Assembly: GCA_040954595.2 (NCBI GenBank)
Contig: CM082577.2
Span: 12,061,654-12,125,653 of the forward strand
Direction: 5' to 3'
Length of the DNA: 64,000 bases
Source of the DNA: Balanoglossus misakiensis
Lineage: Eukaryota; Animalia; Hemichordata
Part shown: one piece after another, positions 26,101 to 41,100 of the stretch
Position numbering within the stretch: the first letter of the stretch is position 1
Layout: every line of letters begins with the position of its first letter
The notes under the pieces: generated by a model
Database searches by the model: none
What the model was told of the DNA's origin: nothing
The model's input: the letters and a program-made list of their open reading frames with translations, nothing else
Translations under genes and position numbers: made by a program

Positions 26101-29100
26101 ACTAAATACACTGTTACAGTGGTTACAAACTCTTATAAAATGCTATTTTTCTGTTTATCATAATTTTCTTCTCAACTTGACTTTTGTACATGTAGTGACA
26201 TAATGAAAGAAAGACAGAGAGACTACTGACAGATGGATTTAAAAGATGTTTTCTACCTGATCATGGCATTTATTTTAAACACTACATGGCAACAAATGTG
26301 AACCATGAACAATTTGAAGGACAATGACCTGCAAGTTGAACGAGATTTGAAGACCTGCTCTGGAAGTAATTGATTGACACTCACCCATGAGTAAGATTCC
26401 GCATGGGGCTGTGTGGCTTTCTTCAAGTAATTGTAGAATATATGCAACATGGACGTCAGCGTTGTGTTGGTCTGGTCGGCACTGGTGTCTCTGCACAGCA
26501 TGGAGCTTAGTATAGTGGGTCTTTCTACAATCAACTGGGCTAAATCCTGGAATCAGAAAGGTGGCAGTAAAGTAAAATCAAATTGGTTTGTCAAAAAAAA
26601 AAAAAAACAACAACAACAACAGCAGCACAAATATTCCTTTGTGACCTGTAAACCAACCACCACCATTGGTGCTACGGTAAAGATGACTCAATAATTTAAA
26701 AATACAAAAGAAAAAAATGAAGCAGATTCAAATAAAAAACACTTGGTTCCTTCTTTAATAGTAAATTTCTATAAATTTACACTTTTCTTTTTGTCACATA
26801 CAAACTCAATGAAAATACTGTTTGGTATAGGTCACAGATTTTGTTTTCAATTTCAACTCTCCAGCTGTTTTTGTGGTAATACTATTGTGCCCAATCACCC
26901 AGAACTTGTATGTATGTTTCACAATGTCTGCTGTCTCACAGTCACTCTTTATTCGTTTCTACCAGAAGTCTCAACGACTCATACTTGAAATACAATTGTA
27001 CACAAATCATTGTCTTACCAATGCAAGGTCCGCCATTTCATGAAGCTGATTGGTCGATGAATGTTTGGAGAGGAACATGATGTACGCACTGATGGTGAGT
27101 GGCTCTGTTTCCATCTGGCAAGCCTGTGGTAATAATCAGATGGTTCCCTAGAATTCAGTCTCGATTGGCCAACTTATCAGGAAAATCTTGATTGGCCAGC
27201 TTATCAGGAAAATCAGGCTGATCAGTAATAAGCATGTCATACAAAAATCATACTACATGTACACTCTAATGTTCTATACACAGTAGATGTTGGAACTTGC
27301 AATAACAGTAGCACAAACAGGCATATACAATGTATGAGTATTTATGCACATGGTTTTGTTTGTATAGAGGCCAACTCAAATCCTGAGTTTATCCACTAAC
27401 AGTTTCTTGGCAACCAGACACAGTGAAGATGGATAGGTTATTGAACAAAAGACAGGTACATAGCTCGCGGAGGTCACATGAAGTCAACACAACAAGAGAA
27501 ATTGAAATCATTTTGCAAGTAAACAACAAATCCATGATAGTGACAGCCAAAATTTTATAGAACAGCCTACCTGTCGCAAGTGATAGCAAACTTGGGCCTT
27601 GACTGTATCATAGTTGGGGAGTAAGGGCAACTGTTGTAAGAGCCAACTGTGCGTTTCCAAAAACTGGAGATTCTCTTCTGGTTCTTCTTCGACAATCATG
27701 ATGTCATCGTCACTATCTGAAGATTTCTCTTCTTTGATCTGCTCAGGTATTTTCTTGGCTTTCTTCTTGGTGTCCGATTTGTCCAACAACATCGATAAAC
27801 CCTGCACAAGAGGTGAAATTCAGTAAAAGTCTATTTTTAAGTTACCAGAAGGGGTCTTTACAATGACTCCATCATATTTGCATTTTACTGCAGCAACACC
27901 TGGTGTATACTCAAACTGATTGCTGTGAATAGCAACAGTACAGTGACTAAAAGCTGTCATGTCGTATAACACACAGACACGCAAACACATATACACACAG
28001 CCCTACTGGTGCTGTTGGTACATGTAAAATGTAGGGATCATCCTACTACAATACAATAAAACCTATCTAAACTGAACATCAAAGGCATAGAACTAATTGT
28101 TTGGTTTGCAGAGGTGTCCAGTTTATAGGGGTTCTAATGTCAAAGGGAATGGAAAATGTGTTTGATATAGGCAGGTTTCCAGATTAGACAGGGTTCAGAT
28201 TAGACAGGTTTTACTGTAGTAAATCTCAGTGAAGTCAGTTCAGATGGTAAGATACCTGTACAGGTCAATTCGAATTCATCCACAAACTCAAGGGTTAATC
28301 TTACCTTAGCAGCCAATGATCTTGCTGCTTGTTGCTGAGAACTCAGACGACACAAGAAATAATCCAAAATTTCAGTTGTTGCTTGCGGTCTGCTCTCAGG
28401 GCTGTACAGTAAACTCTGTAGTCTATTCAGAAGCTGTTCTTGTTTTCTGATTTTCTGCAAATGATCAAAAAGGACAGGAGAAATAACACGATGCCACAGT
28501 AATTACACAAAGTCTTGATATTCAATTTTATCTATGCTACAAACACCCCCTCCATTTGCATTTTATGACATAGATGGTTGCTAAATATAAATTTTCCGGA
28601 ACATTCCATGCGTAAGTATTTTCTCAGTACTTTCTCACAGGACTTCTAAAGATTTTTGAAGTGCTCTCTGTAGGTCTTTGAAGGACGTAATATTCTTCAT
28701 CTGCAAATGTTTCAAAACATCAAGGAAACACTATTTGAAAAGTTTTTATTACTACGCCATTGCCAAGCACTGGAATGAAATTCTTACACAGATAAATTCA
28801 AATCAGTCTGAGAATTTGTCTAAAAGTTCTCTGAAAAAGTATCCTAATGTAATATCTATAACAAAAATGCTTAGTTATTGTCACTGGGTTGTTGATTACT
28901 AACTATTGTTTTGTGATGAATTGGCAATTGCATTATTTGTTTCAATGATTTGTATGTATTTAGGGCCAGGGACACGACTAGTTCCACTGGAACTACTTTC
29001 CTGGTCCGCACCAGTTATGTCAAATGCATCTTTTGTTGTGAAACAAACTATCTAAACTATCTAGCTACTTATTCACCTGTTGTTTCTTTTGCTGTACTGC

Positions 29101-32100
29101 AGTGTTTTCTTCTTCGTCGGTATCATCCATGCTCTCAACTTCTGTGGAATCATGCAGCAGGAATTCACAGAGACACTGTACAGGCAAGACGTCCAGGGAA
29201 CCATCACTGGATTCAACCAGATCGGCCAACCATGGCATGGATTGAGAAGTTCCCTGTACACAGGAGGTAACCATTTGACATTTTCTAAGTTAAAGCTCCA
29301 TTTAGCTGTGATTTTTCCTATGATTTCAGTATTCTTGTTTGGTGTATTTACTGAAATTTCATGTTCAAATTCCCAAAGCATGATGAAATAGCCACCATTT
29401 AGCTTATCAACACAACCTATATGTGTATAGTCAGCATTGTTATTGTGCAATATTTGAATTCAAGTCCATAATAGAATTCATTTGTCAACAATAACAATGG
29501 CAGCTACACACAAACAGGCTATGTTGACAAGTGGAGCACCCAGAGTATATTAGTGTATTGGTTGTAGTAGAACACGAAATTGCATTCGGTACACATAACA
29601 AAAATACTGTAAATCTAGCCAAAGATACAGCTAATGTCCCTTTAATTGTAGAAAATGAAGCTATTTCGATGAGGGAAACACTAGATTAGAAGAGCTGCTG
29701 TATCAAAATTATGATGCTTGTCTACTTGAAGCAAAATCCAAAACAGTTGTCATTGTAAATAATAGGGATTGTCTAACCTTACAACAAAAGAACTGTTCCC
29801 TTCCATGTTCTAAAATGCTGGATTCAATTTTACTTTTTTAATTTCTTGAAATGCCGAATGATAGAATTTAAAGGCTGCATATTGTTTACTATGTACGTCT
29901 GTAATCTTGACTAGAAATATTTGGTGACATGTTGGGTTTTGGTTTTAGCTGGCAATCTCAGGAAGTGGGTAATCACAAATTATTTCCGTCAATGCCACAA
30001 TGCTCGATTTGAGTCTTTGGCTTTCAGAAGCTGTAAGCTAACATTTTTTACCTGACGTTGGATGATATCCAGAAGGAAGTCTGGTCCTCGGCTTCGGCAC
30101 AGCAAATGACCAATCTTCAGAGTTTGGTTGAGATTCTTCAACTGTTCCATGACCTGTGAGGGCAGTCTTCTTGCAACACCACTGTGAGGAATAAATCAGG
30201 GAGAGCTATCAGGCATTCAGATTGCTAAAATGAGGATTTGAAAACCCAGTATATTCTAGATGCATTTATTGTTGGTTTCCAATATTTTAAAATCTGTTTA
30301 AACCATTGCTTTCAAAACAGATCATGTGCATAAATGCTCTTTTGATGCGAAGTATAACTGGTCTCAAGTCTGTCACCAAATCCTTGCCCCTTCTGATTTC
30401 AACTTTATGTCACTGGAAATTGGTTTAACCCTAATGCAGTCAACAGTCATGGGTGAATCCATTTGCAAGGAAAGGGGTGCAACTGTTCAGATATCAAATC
30501 CACAATGGATAAGCCTCACTGACCCTTTCACCGCAAGATTTTTGTTCAACCCATTGTTTTCAATAGCAAAGACTGAACCATACGCAAGGAGAAAGGGTGA
30601 CAACGCTTATCTGGAAATCAACCACACCAATCACGTCGCAAGCAAGTCCGCTCACAAAACAACTAGACTAAATCGACACCCTTATTTCGAACAAAACAGT
30701 TGATAATTAATACAGATAACTGAATAAATAAGTCGCACTTACTGTGGATCCATGCCTGTTAACTGAGCCAGCAACAAACTAGTGCTCTCATCAATATGCA
30801 TATGAGTGGAGGCTGCTGCCAAATGACTTTCAAACTCCAAGATATCTTGTTTCTCCATTTGGGCAAGCTAAATCAATACAGGGATTTTTTTGAACAGATT
30901 AATGCAAAAATCCTGACATCACAACAAGTATCACTTTGAATTCATCTCTGTACTTCAAAAGCACTACCACAATGTGGAAAATACTCTGACAAAACCACAA
31001 CAATGAAACTGAAAACTAAAAGGAAATGCGTATGAACAAGACAAAAAATAACCTGTAATTCTCTGTTTTTGATTTCCTCTACAGTTCTGTCATCAGTTGC
31101 CATGGTCGGTGGTGGAAAATCAAAATTACTGAAAGGAGAAAATATGCAATATTGCAAAATATTTGTAAATAATTAAGTAACCGATAACACACATAACTTC
31201 AAGATTTGATTAGCAAATGAAAAGCCAATTAAACTACTTAAATTGATTTGTGGTGATTGGTAGATAAAACTAGTGAAGGGGAAATCACTGCAGTCAATGA
31301 ATATGGTTTGTCTCACAATGAATATCATACCACATTTCAGGAATAAGTTGAACTTACAACTGCTACCCAGAGGTAAGCACTCTCAGTTATCATCAATTGT
31401 TTTTTGAAAGCACGAGTCAAATGGACAAGTCACAATAAAAAGTATGCCCCAATTTCAAAGTGCATTCATTTTGTCTGCCAAGAGGCGTGCAATAACAATA
31501 TTTTGATCCAGATATTGAACTGTGACCCCTAGCAATAGAAGACCACTTTAGCCTCTTGTATTTGTTTGTGATAACCAACTCTAACCCTCAAAGTTTCATA
31601 CACATAATAAGGCACTCACTTTGTCATACACATTTCCATCATACACTTCAACATTGGATACTCCTCCCATGCTTTGTGGCCTGAAAGAGAGAAATCAAAC
31701 ACAGTAAAAGTATTGGCAGTGAGAAGAAACAAAACTGATAAAAAAATTCAGTTCTGGAGTTCAACACAATGTCAAGACACCTGACGCAATGAATGTGAGT
31801 CCATAGTGGAAACTTACCAATATTTGTTGGGTTAAATGCCGAAACAACAAGCAAAAGCAACCAGCCCTTCCAGTACAGGTTGGAAATCGCCAGCTGAGGA
31901 GGTTGGTATCTATTGACATTAAAATATCAAAATACTCTTGTAAGTATTGAGTAACGGTAATCAAGTATGTCTGTCAACTCGGTGATCAATCAATGTTAAG
32001 TTTTTAACAGCATCTTCAGTAGTAAACCTGGTTTAATCTTATTTGGCATTACTGCATGTGCACACAAATGCATTTGAAATGCTTCTGAAACTTCTCAGGT

Positions 32101-35100
32101 CAAATACTGGCATAACAATATGTGTGAACAGTTTAAGTGGTCCTGGAACATTTCAGATTTGAAATCACTTTGCTGGCAAGACCTGATCCTGTGTAAAGGA
32201 TTAACATCTCTCAACACATTGTTTATGGGATCGAGCTAGGGTCTATGCTTAAACTTTGTGTGTGTGGACACAAAGTGACTCAAAGGATTCATCCTCTGTA
32301 TTTACCAAAGGCAAATAGTGTCTCTGAAACGTTTCTTGTTTTACCCAGTGTGAACCTAGTAAGAGACACAAGAGGATGACAAATGGATCCGGACTTACCC
32401 CTGAGGAAGAGCAATGTTTTCTGGGTGGTGATACCCGCAAAGATTCAACACAGCATCCATCAGTTGTGTTCTCTCAACCCGCAACACTGACAAATCTAAA
32501 CCAGAACACAAATACAAGTGTATCAACATCCACTTGTGGTACAAACTTTTACTTCAACATATTATGTGTACCATGTGAGAATGAAGTATTCAACATGGTG
32601 AATGCTTTACCAGCTGAAATTCACATTTCTAAATCTGTTGGAGAAGACGATCGTTCAATAACCTACACTTTCACCAAATCTGAATGGATTATTTCAGTTG
32701 ATGACCATGTTCAGCTTTCAGACTTCACAATATTCCTAGCCTCATCCATCAACCGACACAGCCACTCTTGACTTCAAACTCTTTCCATCAGAGTTACTAA
32801 AATCATATTCACTCGGAACACATGGAAACCAGACAGTGAGTCACATAAGAAATCATTGTCAGAGGAGAAGTTCAGTTCAGCTGATTTCTACATGATGTGC
32901 TAGCTCTGAGGTCACTTTTTCAGGGAAAAACCAACATGTTGGGTGGAAATTAGGCCTGGCGCCTTTTTCCCATAATTCACAATACAGTAAATGCCATAAT
33001 GCCATGGTAATTCTGCCAATTTTCCCTCATTTTTATTTTTAAAATCATGCACGTTATACATATCAAAAATAGCTTTTCCTGAAAAAGTGACCTCAAACTC
33101 AGCATATTATGTAGAAATCAGCTGGACTCACTGAACTTCCCCTTTAATAAGGAATTGGTGTTGTACCTTGGCCATAGAGGGCAGCAGCTCGTCTCACCAA
33201 CTTATCGGCCAAATCCAGAGCTTCAGCCGGTGACAGTGGCAGATCACGTGACAAACCAATCACCAATACTCTCATCAATGTGTCTTCCTCAACTGGCACT
33301 TCAGATAATAACTTCAGAAACATCCTAAAATAATCACAGATAATTTTTCGAGTTAATAAAGTACTCATTTCGACAACCATCAGCGCAGATGCATTACTTC
33401 ATTGAAGCTTTAATTAGTACTTAACACCGGTTGTGACATTATACATTATGCTGAGCCATTCCAGCCAAGCTCAGGTTATGCACTTCTGAAAACCATTTCC
33501 CCTCCAAAAGCTGTGATGCAAATTTATGATTGACCGTAAACTGTGAAAGTTTCGCAATATCAAAAGAGGCAACTGTTACGCGACGATTAATTTTCCCATT
33601 CTCATATTTCACTAACTGCATCGTTATCTCCGAAAAACATTTTTATGCAACTTTTTATTTTTGCCTTTTTTTTGCTCTCGCGAAGATTGTGAAAATTTAT
33701 CATGTTACAGTATTTACACCCTGAACCTCTGGTAAGCGATAACATCATTTTAACATTTTCTTCTGAGCATGAAAATTTGATGCAAAGGGTTAAAATGTCC
33801 TCTGGAACAATATGACAACAACCACATTCCTTCAGTTGTACAACAATGTACAATTTTCTGGTGATAAAATTGCATGTTGATAAAATTTGAACAAAGCAGT
33901 AATGACATATTCTTTGACCAAGTACATGTACATATCCCCTTGCAAGTAAATACTCCAAAGTTCATCACATGAAATGAATTACACCTACCCTCTATCAGCT
34001 TCTGGGGGCCAGTTGTCCTTGTTGTAGTAAGTCTCAGCTTGTTCTAGAAACAACACTTTCTGAAGACTGAAAACAGACCGGAGATTAGAATATGTTCTTT
34101 TACCATTCCTGAGTTTGAAGTGCTTCGGTCAATGAGACAGTTATGTTGTATCAATCAGACTTCACAAGAAATTATTAGGCTTTTGATTATGATAGTTTTG
34201 TGGCTTCTCGTTCAGATATTGACAAAGTACATGAGGAAAATTTGGAATGACAATAATGCTAACAAATGTTCAACCTTAAAGGGCGAAGATCGTCTCATGT
34301 GCATGTGCTAAACCAGAGACTCTGGTTACAAAAATTGTATACAGTCAATGCCACAAAGCAGTGTGCTGTTCTAACAACAGACAAGATGGCGGCGACATAT
34401 TCGACAGCAAATTGGGTGAAAAGAAGGGACAAAACTTAAGTCTACTTGTACGGTGTGCATGAATTATGGAAGGAAGTCCACATTTTGAATGCAAAATTTG
34501 CAGAACACATGGATTGGTTGCAATGTTTGTACACACGAAATTAGGCACATGTGCATAAGACAATCCTCGGCCTTTGAAACTTCACCAACGTACAACCAAA
34601 CGATGTTTTCCAAGTGCTGTGAACTCAAACTTGAATTGTTACCTGTGTACATAGTCGCTGGTGTTGACTTTAAACATTGTTGGTACTATGGTGTGCAGCC
34701 ACCAAACAGAATCTCTTTGAATGACGGAAACCTGTTTATGGAAAGTCTGTAGGACTTCAGTTTCTGATGTAAAAAAACAAAACAAAAACATATTGTTATG
34801 GAGTGAGCTGATCCCAAGGATACAAACATGTAATTGTAGTTACATACCAGTAGTTCACAAACATAAAATTCCAGAAGTTTACAAGAATTTTCTCACCAGT
34901 TTTCAAGTTTTTAAAATCAGCAACGCTGTTCTCCAGAAGTAATTGATAAAGCTTTCTATGACAAGTGACATTTTAAGACAGCACAGGTGGTAAACTCAAT
35001 TTTCTAGAAATTTCCGAAAGTAAATTTCAATTTTGTCTAGACAATCAAGTACTTTCCAACAAAGGTTCCAAACTCAAGAACACCCAAGAAACGTATAAAC

Positions 35101-38100
35101 CCAGTGATTAGGATTAGGGAAGTTACAGAATTTTCGTTTGTTATACAATGCAGTTTAAATTCTTTTTCAAAGGAAATGTAGGGCTCGCAGCGATAATTTT
35201 GATAAAATTTACCTTGTTAAGTACATTTCACATGGGCCTTCTTCTAACTCTGCTCAAAACAAAATTACTTCACATTCTGTCATACCACTGGGAATGTTGA
35301 ATGCATCTCAAGATAACCTCTCTAATCTAAAATTTTACATACCCATTGTGAATCTGATCCTAATCGCTTTCCATGTTGTAAATTACTACACAACATGTAT
35401 ATGCTATTTGTTGACTATTTTCATGGGCAACAAACATGGAAGTGAATTACAGGTCTGACACTGTATACTTATACCAGGGTGGGGGTGGGTGGGGGTATAT
35501 TTACTGGTACCGTCAATCTAACCATGTTTAACTGGCTGCCAGTAATCTGGGTATTATGATAGAATCTTATCATTGTGGGAAAAGATGAATACCTTTCATT
35601 TCTCCTCTATTCTGTGCTGCAACAACATCTTTGACAGCAGGTGTAACACTGAGTAGTTGCGTTAATGCAATCAGATCAGACAGAGACAGGAACAGTCTAT
35701 CCTGTGGAAACAAAAACAAAACAGATGGTTGAATACTATGTGTCCATCTACTGCATACTTAAAAACTCACTATTGACCTCAACATGAAGTAATGTGTTTC
35801 TAGAGATACCAGTCTGTTTGTGTCTGTCTATGGGTTTGTATATGTTTATATGCCAGTATATGTTCATATGTTTGTGTGTACATGTGCACTGAATGTACAT
35901 GAATAAATTGGACTGATCATGTTTGACCTTTGAACAGTAATTTTCATATTTGGTATATGCCTAAAGAGGGCGCCCCTCCAAAACATTGCATCCTCTCCAA
36001 GCAGACAACGCGAAAATGAGGCCAGTAGGCCACAGAGTATAAACATTATCTTCTTGTTTATCGTCACTATAGTTGGGACTAACGTTTGAGAGCTGCATTT
36101 TTATTGTGAGGTAAGTTTTACACGCAACTTTATCATATATATACAACAAACCAGACTAGCTCGAGCAGTACTCTGTGACCTACTATTATGTATGCTAATA
36201 TATGCAATTTTTCCCCACATGCTACGACTGAACCCTAGCGAGAACGCTGTGTACTCACTTTTAATTGTGCTTCCAAATCAGTAAACTGTGATTCAGTTCT
36301 TTCTGTCATCAATCCCATGGAGAAGGCAGAGAAGTTCATTTCGTATCGGAGCTGACGTACAATCTCTCTCAGAAGTGCACGGACAGCTCTGACGTAATCT
36401 TCTCTGTTGGCCAGTAATTCTTGAAACACCATCGCCAAGTACTGAAGAAAGAAGAGCATTGACAGTTCTTTTAGTTACAAGTTACATCTAGTAGTTCTCT
36501 AAGTTCAAAATGACAATTCAGATTTGATGATTCCAAAATTGAATATATGCAGTTTGTCCAAGAATTGTGTTAGGAACATCAAGGTTGTTCAGGGAGTCGA
36601 ACAATTCTGATCAACATTTTACAGTAAAAAATTGCATTTTCAGAGGTGGTGTAATGATTTATTAGCTTTGTCAATAGGGGGCGCTGCACACAGGGATGTA
36701 CATGTACTTTTCGGAAAACTCCAAGTTATCTCATTCTGAGCTCTGAAGCCCGTGGTTACTTGTGATTCTAGTATCAGCTCAAACTCAAAACATTGAGGTA
36801 TATATACAGCAAAAATAGTGGTTTGCGTATGAACAGAAAAAAAAATTCATGTACTTACTTTGGCAGCTTGGTCTGGTGCATGTTGAAATATCACGGCCAA
36901 TAATGACATATTATTGGGATTTCTGGAATTTGACAGCTCATTATAGATGGTATGACGAAGAATTGTAAATAGGTTCTCTGTATGCTGGCTCAACAGTTCC
37001 CTGGGGAAAAAAGAAATACGAAATACACTGTACTGCAATCATGTTTGATCTTTCAGGGTTTTCAAGGAGGATCCTTAGAAATAGTAAAGGCAAGGCATAG
37101 AGCATCTACATGTAGTTCTGGAGTTGACACTGGGAGTGACGAGAGGGGTTAGGGTCACTACTGCTGTGCACACTCAATAGATGTGACATTATCAATATGT
37201 GTTTGTCCTTAGTAGTGGCCAGTCAGGGGAATTTTCTAAACTGGCCTTTACAGTCAGATCGCACGGCATTCATTAACATATGCAAATGAAGAAAGTACTT
37301 CAAACCATGTAGCCGTTAGAGTGGGCCCCGCTGAAGGGTCGCGAAATAGGCCATTTTTTTACTCGATATTATAGAGCTGTTTTCAGGCGATGTGGATTAT
37401 TTTAAGACAAAACCGTGGATTCACTTGAAGGTAGGTATACTGGATTGTTACTGAATGATTTTTTGGCAACTTCTGTCGAGTAGTTTCTTTGTAATCACGA
37501 AATTTCTGACGACTGTGAAAAAACACATAGCGTTGACATCCTCTCGATTATTTTTAAGCTGACCGTTACACATGGATTTTACCACGAAATTTCAAACTTT
37601 TATCAAAATATAGACATCAAACTCCCTCTCTTTGAGTTTTCATTCACTTCCAAGCTTTGATAGTGACGATATGACCAGTTCAATTTTGTTTACCTTTCAA
37701 CCTGTGAGCGCCATTTTGTTTACTTTTCAACCCGTGAGCGCCACTTCTTCTGCAAAATGGCGGGAGAAGACAGCATGCATGTGTACGTATATACGCTGGC
37801 GCAGGCTTGATCCTGGGTTGTACCAGCTGCGTAGTTTTCCCTCCTCTCTCGTGCGAATAAATTTTGATTGCTGATATGTAATCCCGAGTTTTACTAAACC
37901 CTAACAATTATTTTATGAAGGTTTGCCCGTCAAGGAAACTCACTTTTTTTAATTTTATTGTTCTTTCACATTGATGAAGACTGATTTTTGTGGTGGTGGT
38001 GTTGCAGTTGACTGTTTTATTTTAGCTGTCTGAGTTGACAATTTATTCTGTATTTTGTTGTATTTTTAACTCTTTATCCTGTATTTTGTAGTAGTATTTT

Positions 38101-41100
38101 GAACACTGTTTAATAAATAAATTACTATTATTATTATTTATCGACCCAATGCAATGATGACAAATCGCTCGCCTTCAGACACAAATGTTGTATTTATTGC
38201 ATATATCATCGGCGAATAAAGGGAAGTGGTTTCGAAGTTACACTTGGCATTTTCGAAAAGTCTACTTATATCCCACGATGCGGAGAAAAAAATATATACA
38301 AAATACGTCAGCTGAGCTCCTCACGAACGGTAAACCTGGCATTCTGTGCATGGGTAATCAAATATTTGTTTGTAGCCCAATGTAGGCGAACGGTGTGGAG
38401 CACCCGGGCGCGGCACTCGTGCGATTGATCGATGTTGTGTCGAAATCAGGCCAGTAATTAAGTTAAAACTTGGCTGATATGTTACCTTAGAGTGTTATAC
38501 ACTATCCAGTAACTTTTACTTGACAAGTGTCTTTTAGAAACTGTTTTCCCCACGATAAACGTGTCGTTTCACGAGCAACGCAACACTTCCGTATTTACAA
38601 GCCTAACATGGAGAGGTCAACGTAGGGCCTATACTTCCGGGTCATATCGTCGAACTACATCGATTATTTTTAAGCTGACCGTTACACAAGCATTTCGAGT
38701 TAATTTCTTTTCACGGATGTTGGGACCGATATTAGACCTATCTGTCACGAAAACTTGGTTAACTTCCGAGGTCGTCTTCAAATGATTTTTGGCACGTTTG
38801 TGGACGTCTCTTCCGAGGTCACCAACATACCACCGAAAACACGCTAAAAACTACTACTATTACCGACAGATTCTCATAAAATTTACGTCTGCAGTGCAAA
38901 ATAGGAATCACTTTCGAAATTTATCGAGCTAGCATGGTATTTTATTGTACCACGGAGTGTAAAAATCAAGTTGAAAATCACCTTGAAAACTGGCCTATTG
39001 CCGTCTGTTTGAAAATTAACGGTCGCTGGCTTGACGAACTTTCATATGCAAATGAGCACCGTGCGATCTGACTGTTTATAGGCAGGTCAATTAATGTACA
39101 TGTTAAGAGCACAGAGATTGTTACAAAGTGGCCACTATGTAGAGGTGACCACTAACACAGGTTTGACTGTTTCTGCTTAATATTTAAGCAGTCAAGATAC
39201 ATGTAGAGTTTGGTAGCACCCCAAAGATGTGCTGGAAAATAGACAATGAAGTCTCTCCACTAGGACTTATCTTTAAATATATGTCTTCAAAAATTAAGTT
39301 GTACACTTCACCACCCTTTCCCAGTATAGAGGTCAATAGGTTTGGACCAAACCATGGTAGTGAAAGGGTTAAATGAGATAACAAATTTATCAGAAACAAG
39401 AGTGATATCTGTGTCTTTGGTGAAACTAAACTATTTGCATGAGTGTCCATGGTTCTAGGAATTGACAGATTTCTGTACTAACCGTATACACATCATGTAG
39501 TGGTTGATAAGAGGTTTCGTTTTCAAACGAATTTTGATCAGATGTCCGACAACATCTACATCTGCCTGAACACTTGTATTACAGTTGAGACACACAGACA
39601 TCAGCAGGTCTTGCGCAGGCCTTGTTAGCTGGGAAAAAAAATTAAATTCTGAGTCAGGGACATTGAAGTCCATGTGTTACCTATGCATAACTGAATATAT
39701 TATTCATTATTTACAATGTAATATATTTCAGGTATCAATATCATATTTCACTCAAGCTCCTCTTCACTATGTTTTCAGTGTTTTTGTTTTGTGTATCTAC
39801 TGCAGATTCTCGATCAACTTCATGAAATATGATGAAACACCCAGCATATACTGTAAAACACTTTATTTTCGCAAGCAATAAATTTTCGCGAAATATGTGA
39901 GAGCCAAAATAGCGTGAAAATAAAAAGTCGCGTAAATTGTTTTTGAAGATAACGATGCAGTGAATGAAATAAGAGAACGTGAAAATTTATATTCGCGAAA
40001 CAGTGGCCTCTCTCGATATCGCGAAAATTTCAACTCGCGAAAATAATATGAGGTTATTACGAAAATACCGCAAAGTATGCACGAGGACGTTAGCGCCAAG
40101 TATCGCCCGACTCGTAGCAGAGGGCGATGCGCTGCGCTAATGTCCGAGTGCATACTTTGCGGTATTTTCGTAATAACCTTATTATTATACATCTTACTTC
40201 TTGTGTTGCATGTTACTTGGCTTTCAAAACGCCAAAAATGCCGATACAATCGATCGAAAACCGCTCAGTTGACTCAGTGAGCAGCCATCTTTGTTTTTTG
40301 TTTACGTGTGCGCACGTGCGTTGGCTTGGGGGCGCCTTGAAACCGTCCGCATAACAATGCATACCTGTACACGGTGAGTTGGGGCGCCTTGAAACCTAAA
40401 ACTTATTTAACGCGCGTTCCGTACGTACCGTTCCGTACGGCTTTTTATTGCACGCCAAAATCTATTGTTCTCGGCACTAGATGTATAATAAAGTGTTTTA
40501 CAGTACATGAAATATGATGAAACGCCCCAGCATTTAGCTTAGCAACACAACATATGATATATGTGTACATGTACAAAGGGGTTCATTCGACAACACGTGC
40601 TTACCTTGGGATTCTGGAGCCACATTTCAAGTCTTTGAGCCGCCATGAGTCGAATTTCACTGATTCCACAGGTAGAGGTGAGAAGACGGAGCATGTTACG
40701 AGAACCAGTGTCCATTGGCTGTCGTCTTGTCAGCTGTTCGCGTAGCACATCAATTACTTCACTCTCTATGCTTTCTTGTAAGACTGCATATCTTGAATTG
40801 AAGAAATATGTTGAAATGTTTATTGAAAAAAAAAGTACAATGTTGGTGTCATACTGACAAGAAGACTTTGCTTCTAGCCTACAAGCTTGAAGGAATGATA
40901 TCCCCTTTGAGACCATACCTTTTTTCAGGCACCAAAGCCAAACATTGGCCCACTAGCTGCTTGGCATATATTATATTCAGTGTGTATTTTAGGTCACTTT
41001 TATCTCAATAAAGATTAATTGACCAATTTAGGCATTCAATGTAACAATTTTTATCTTTTGCTATGTTTAAAGCCTCAGTATTTCTCGTAGGGGCAAAATT

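Noticed and set aside
32376-32771. 131-aa plus-strand ORF
   Set aside because: It is antisense to INTS1 exon 32399-32495 and intron sequence, with no recognisable homology.
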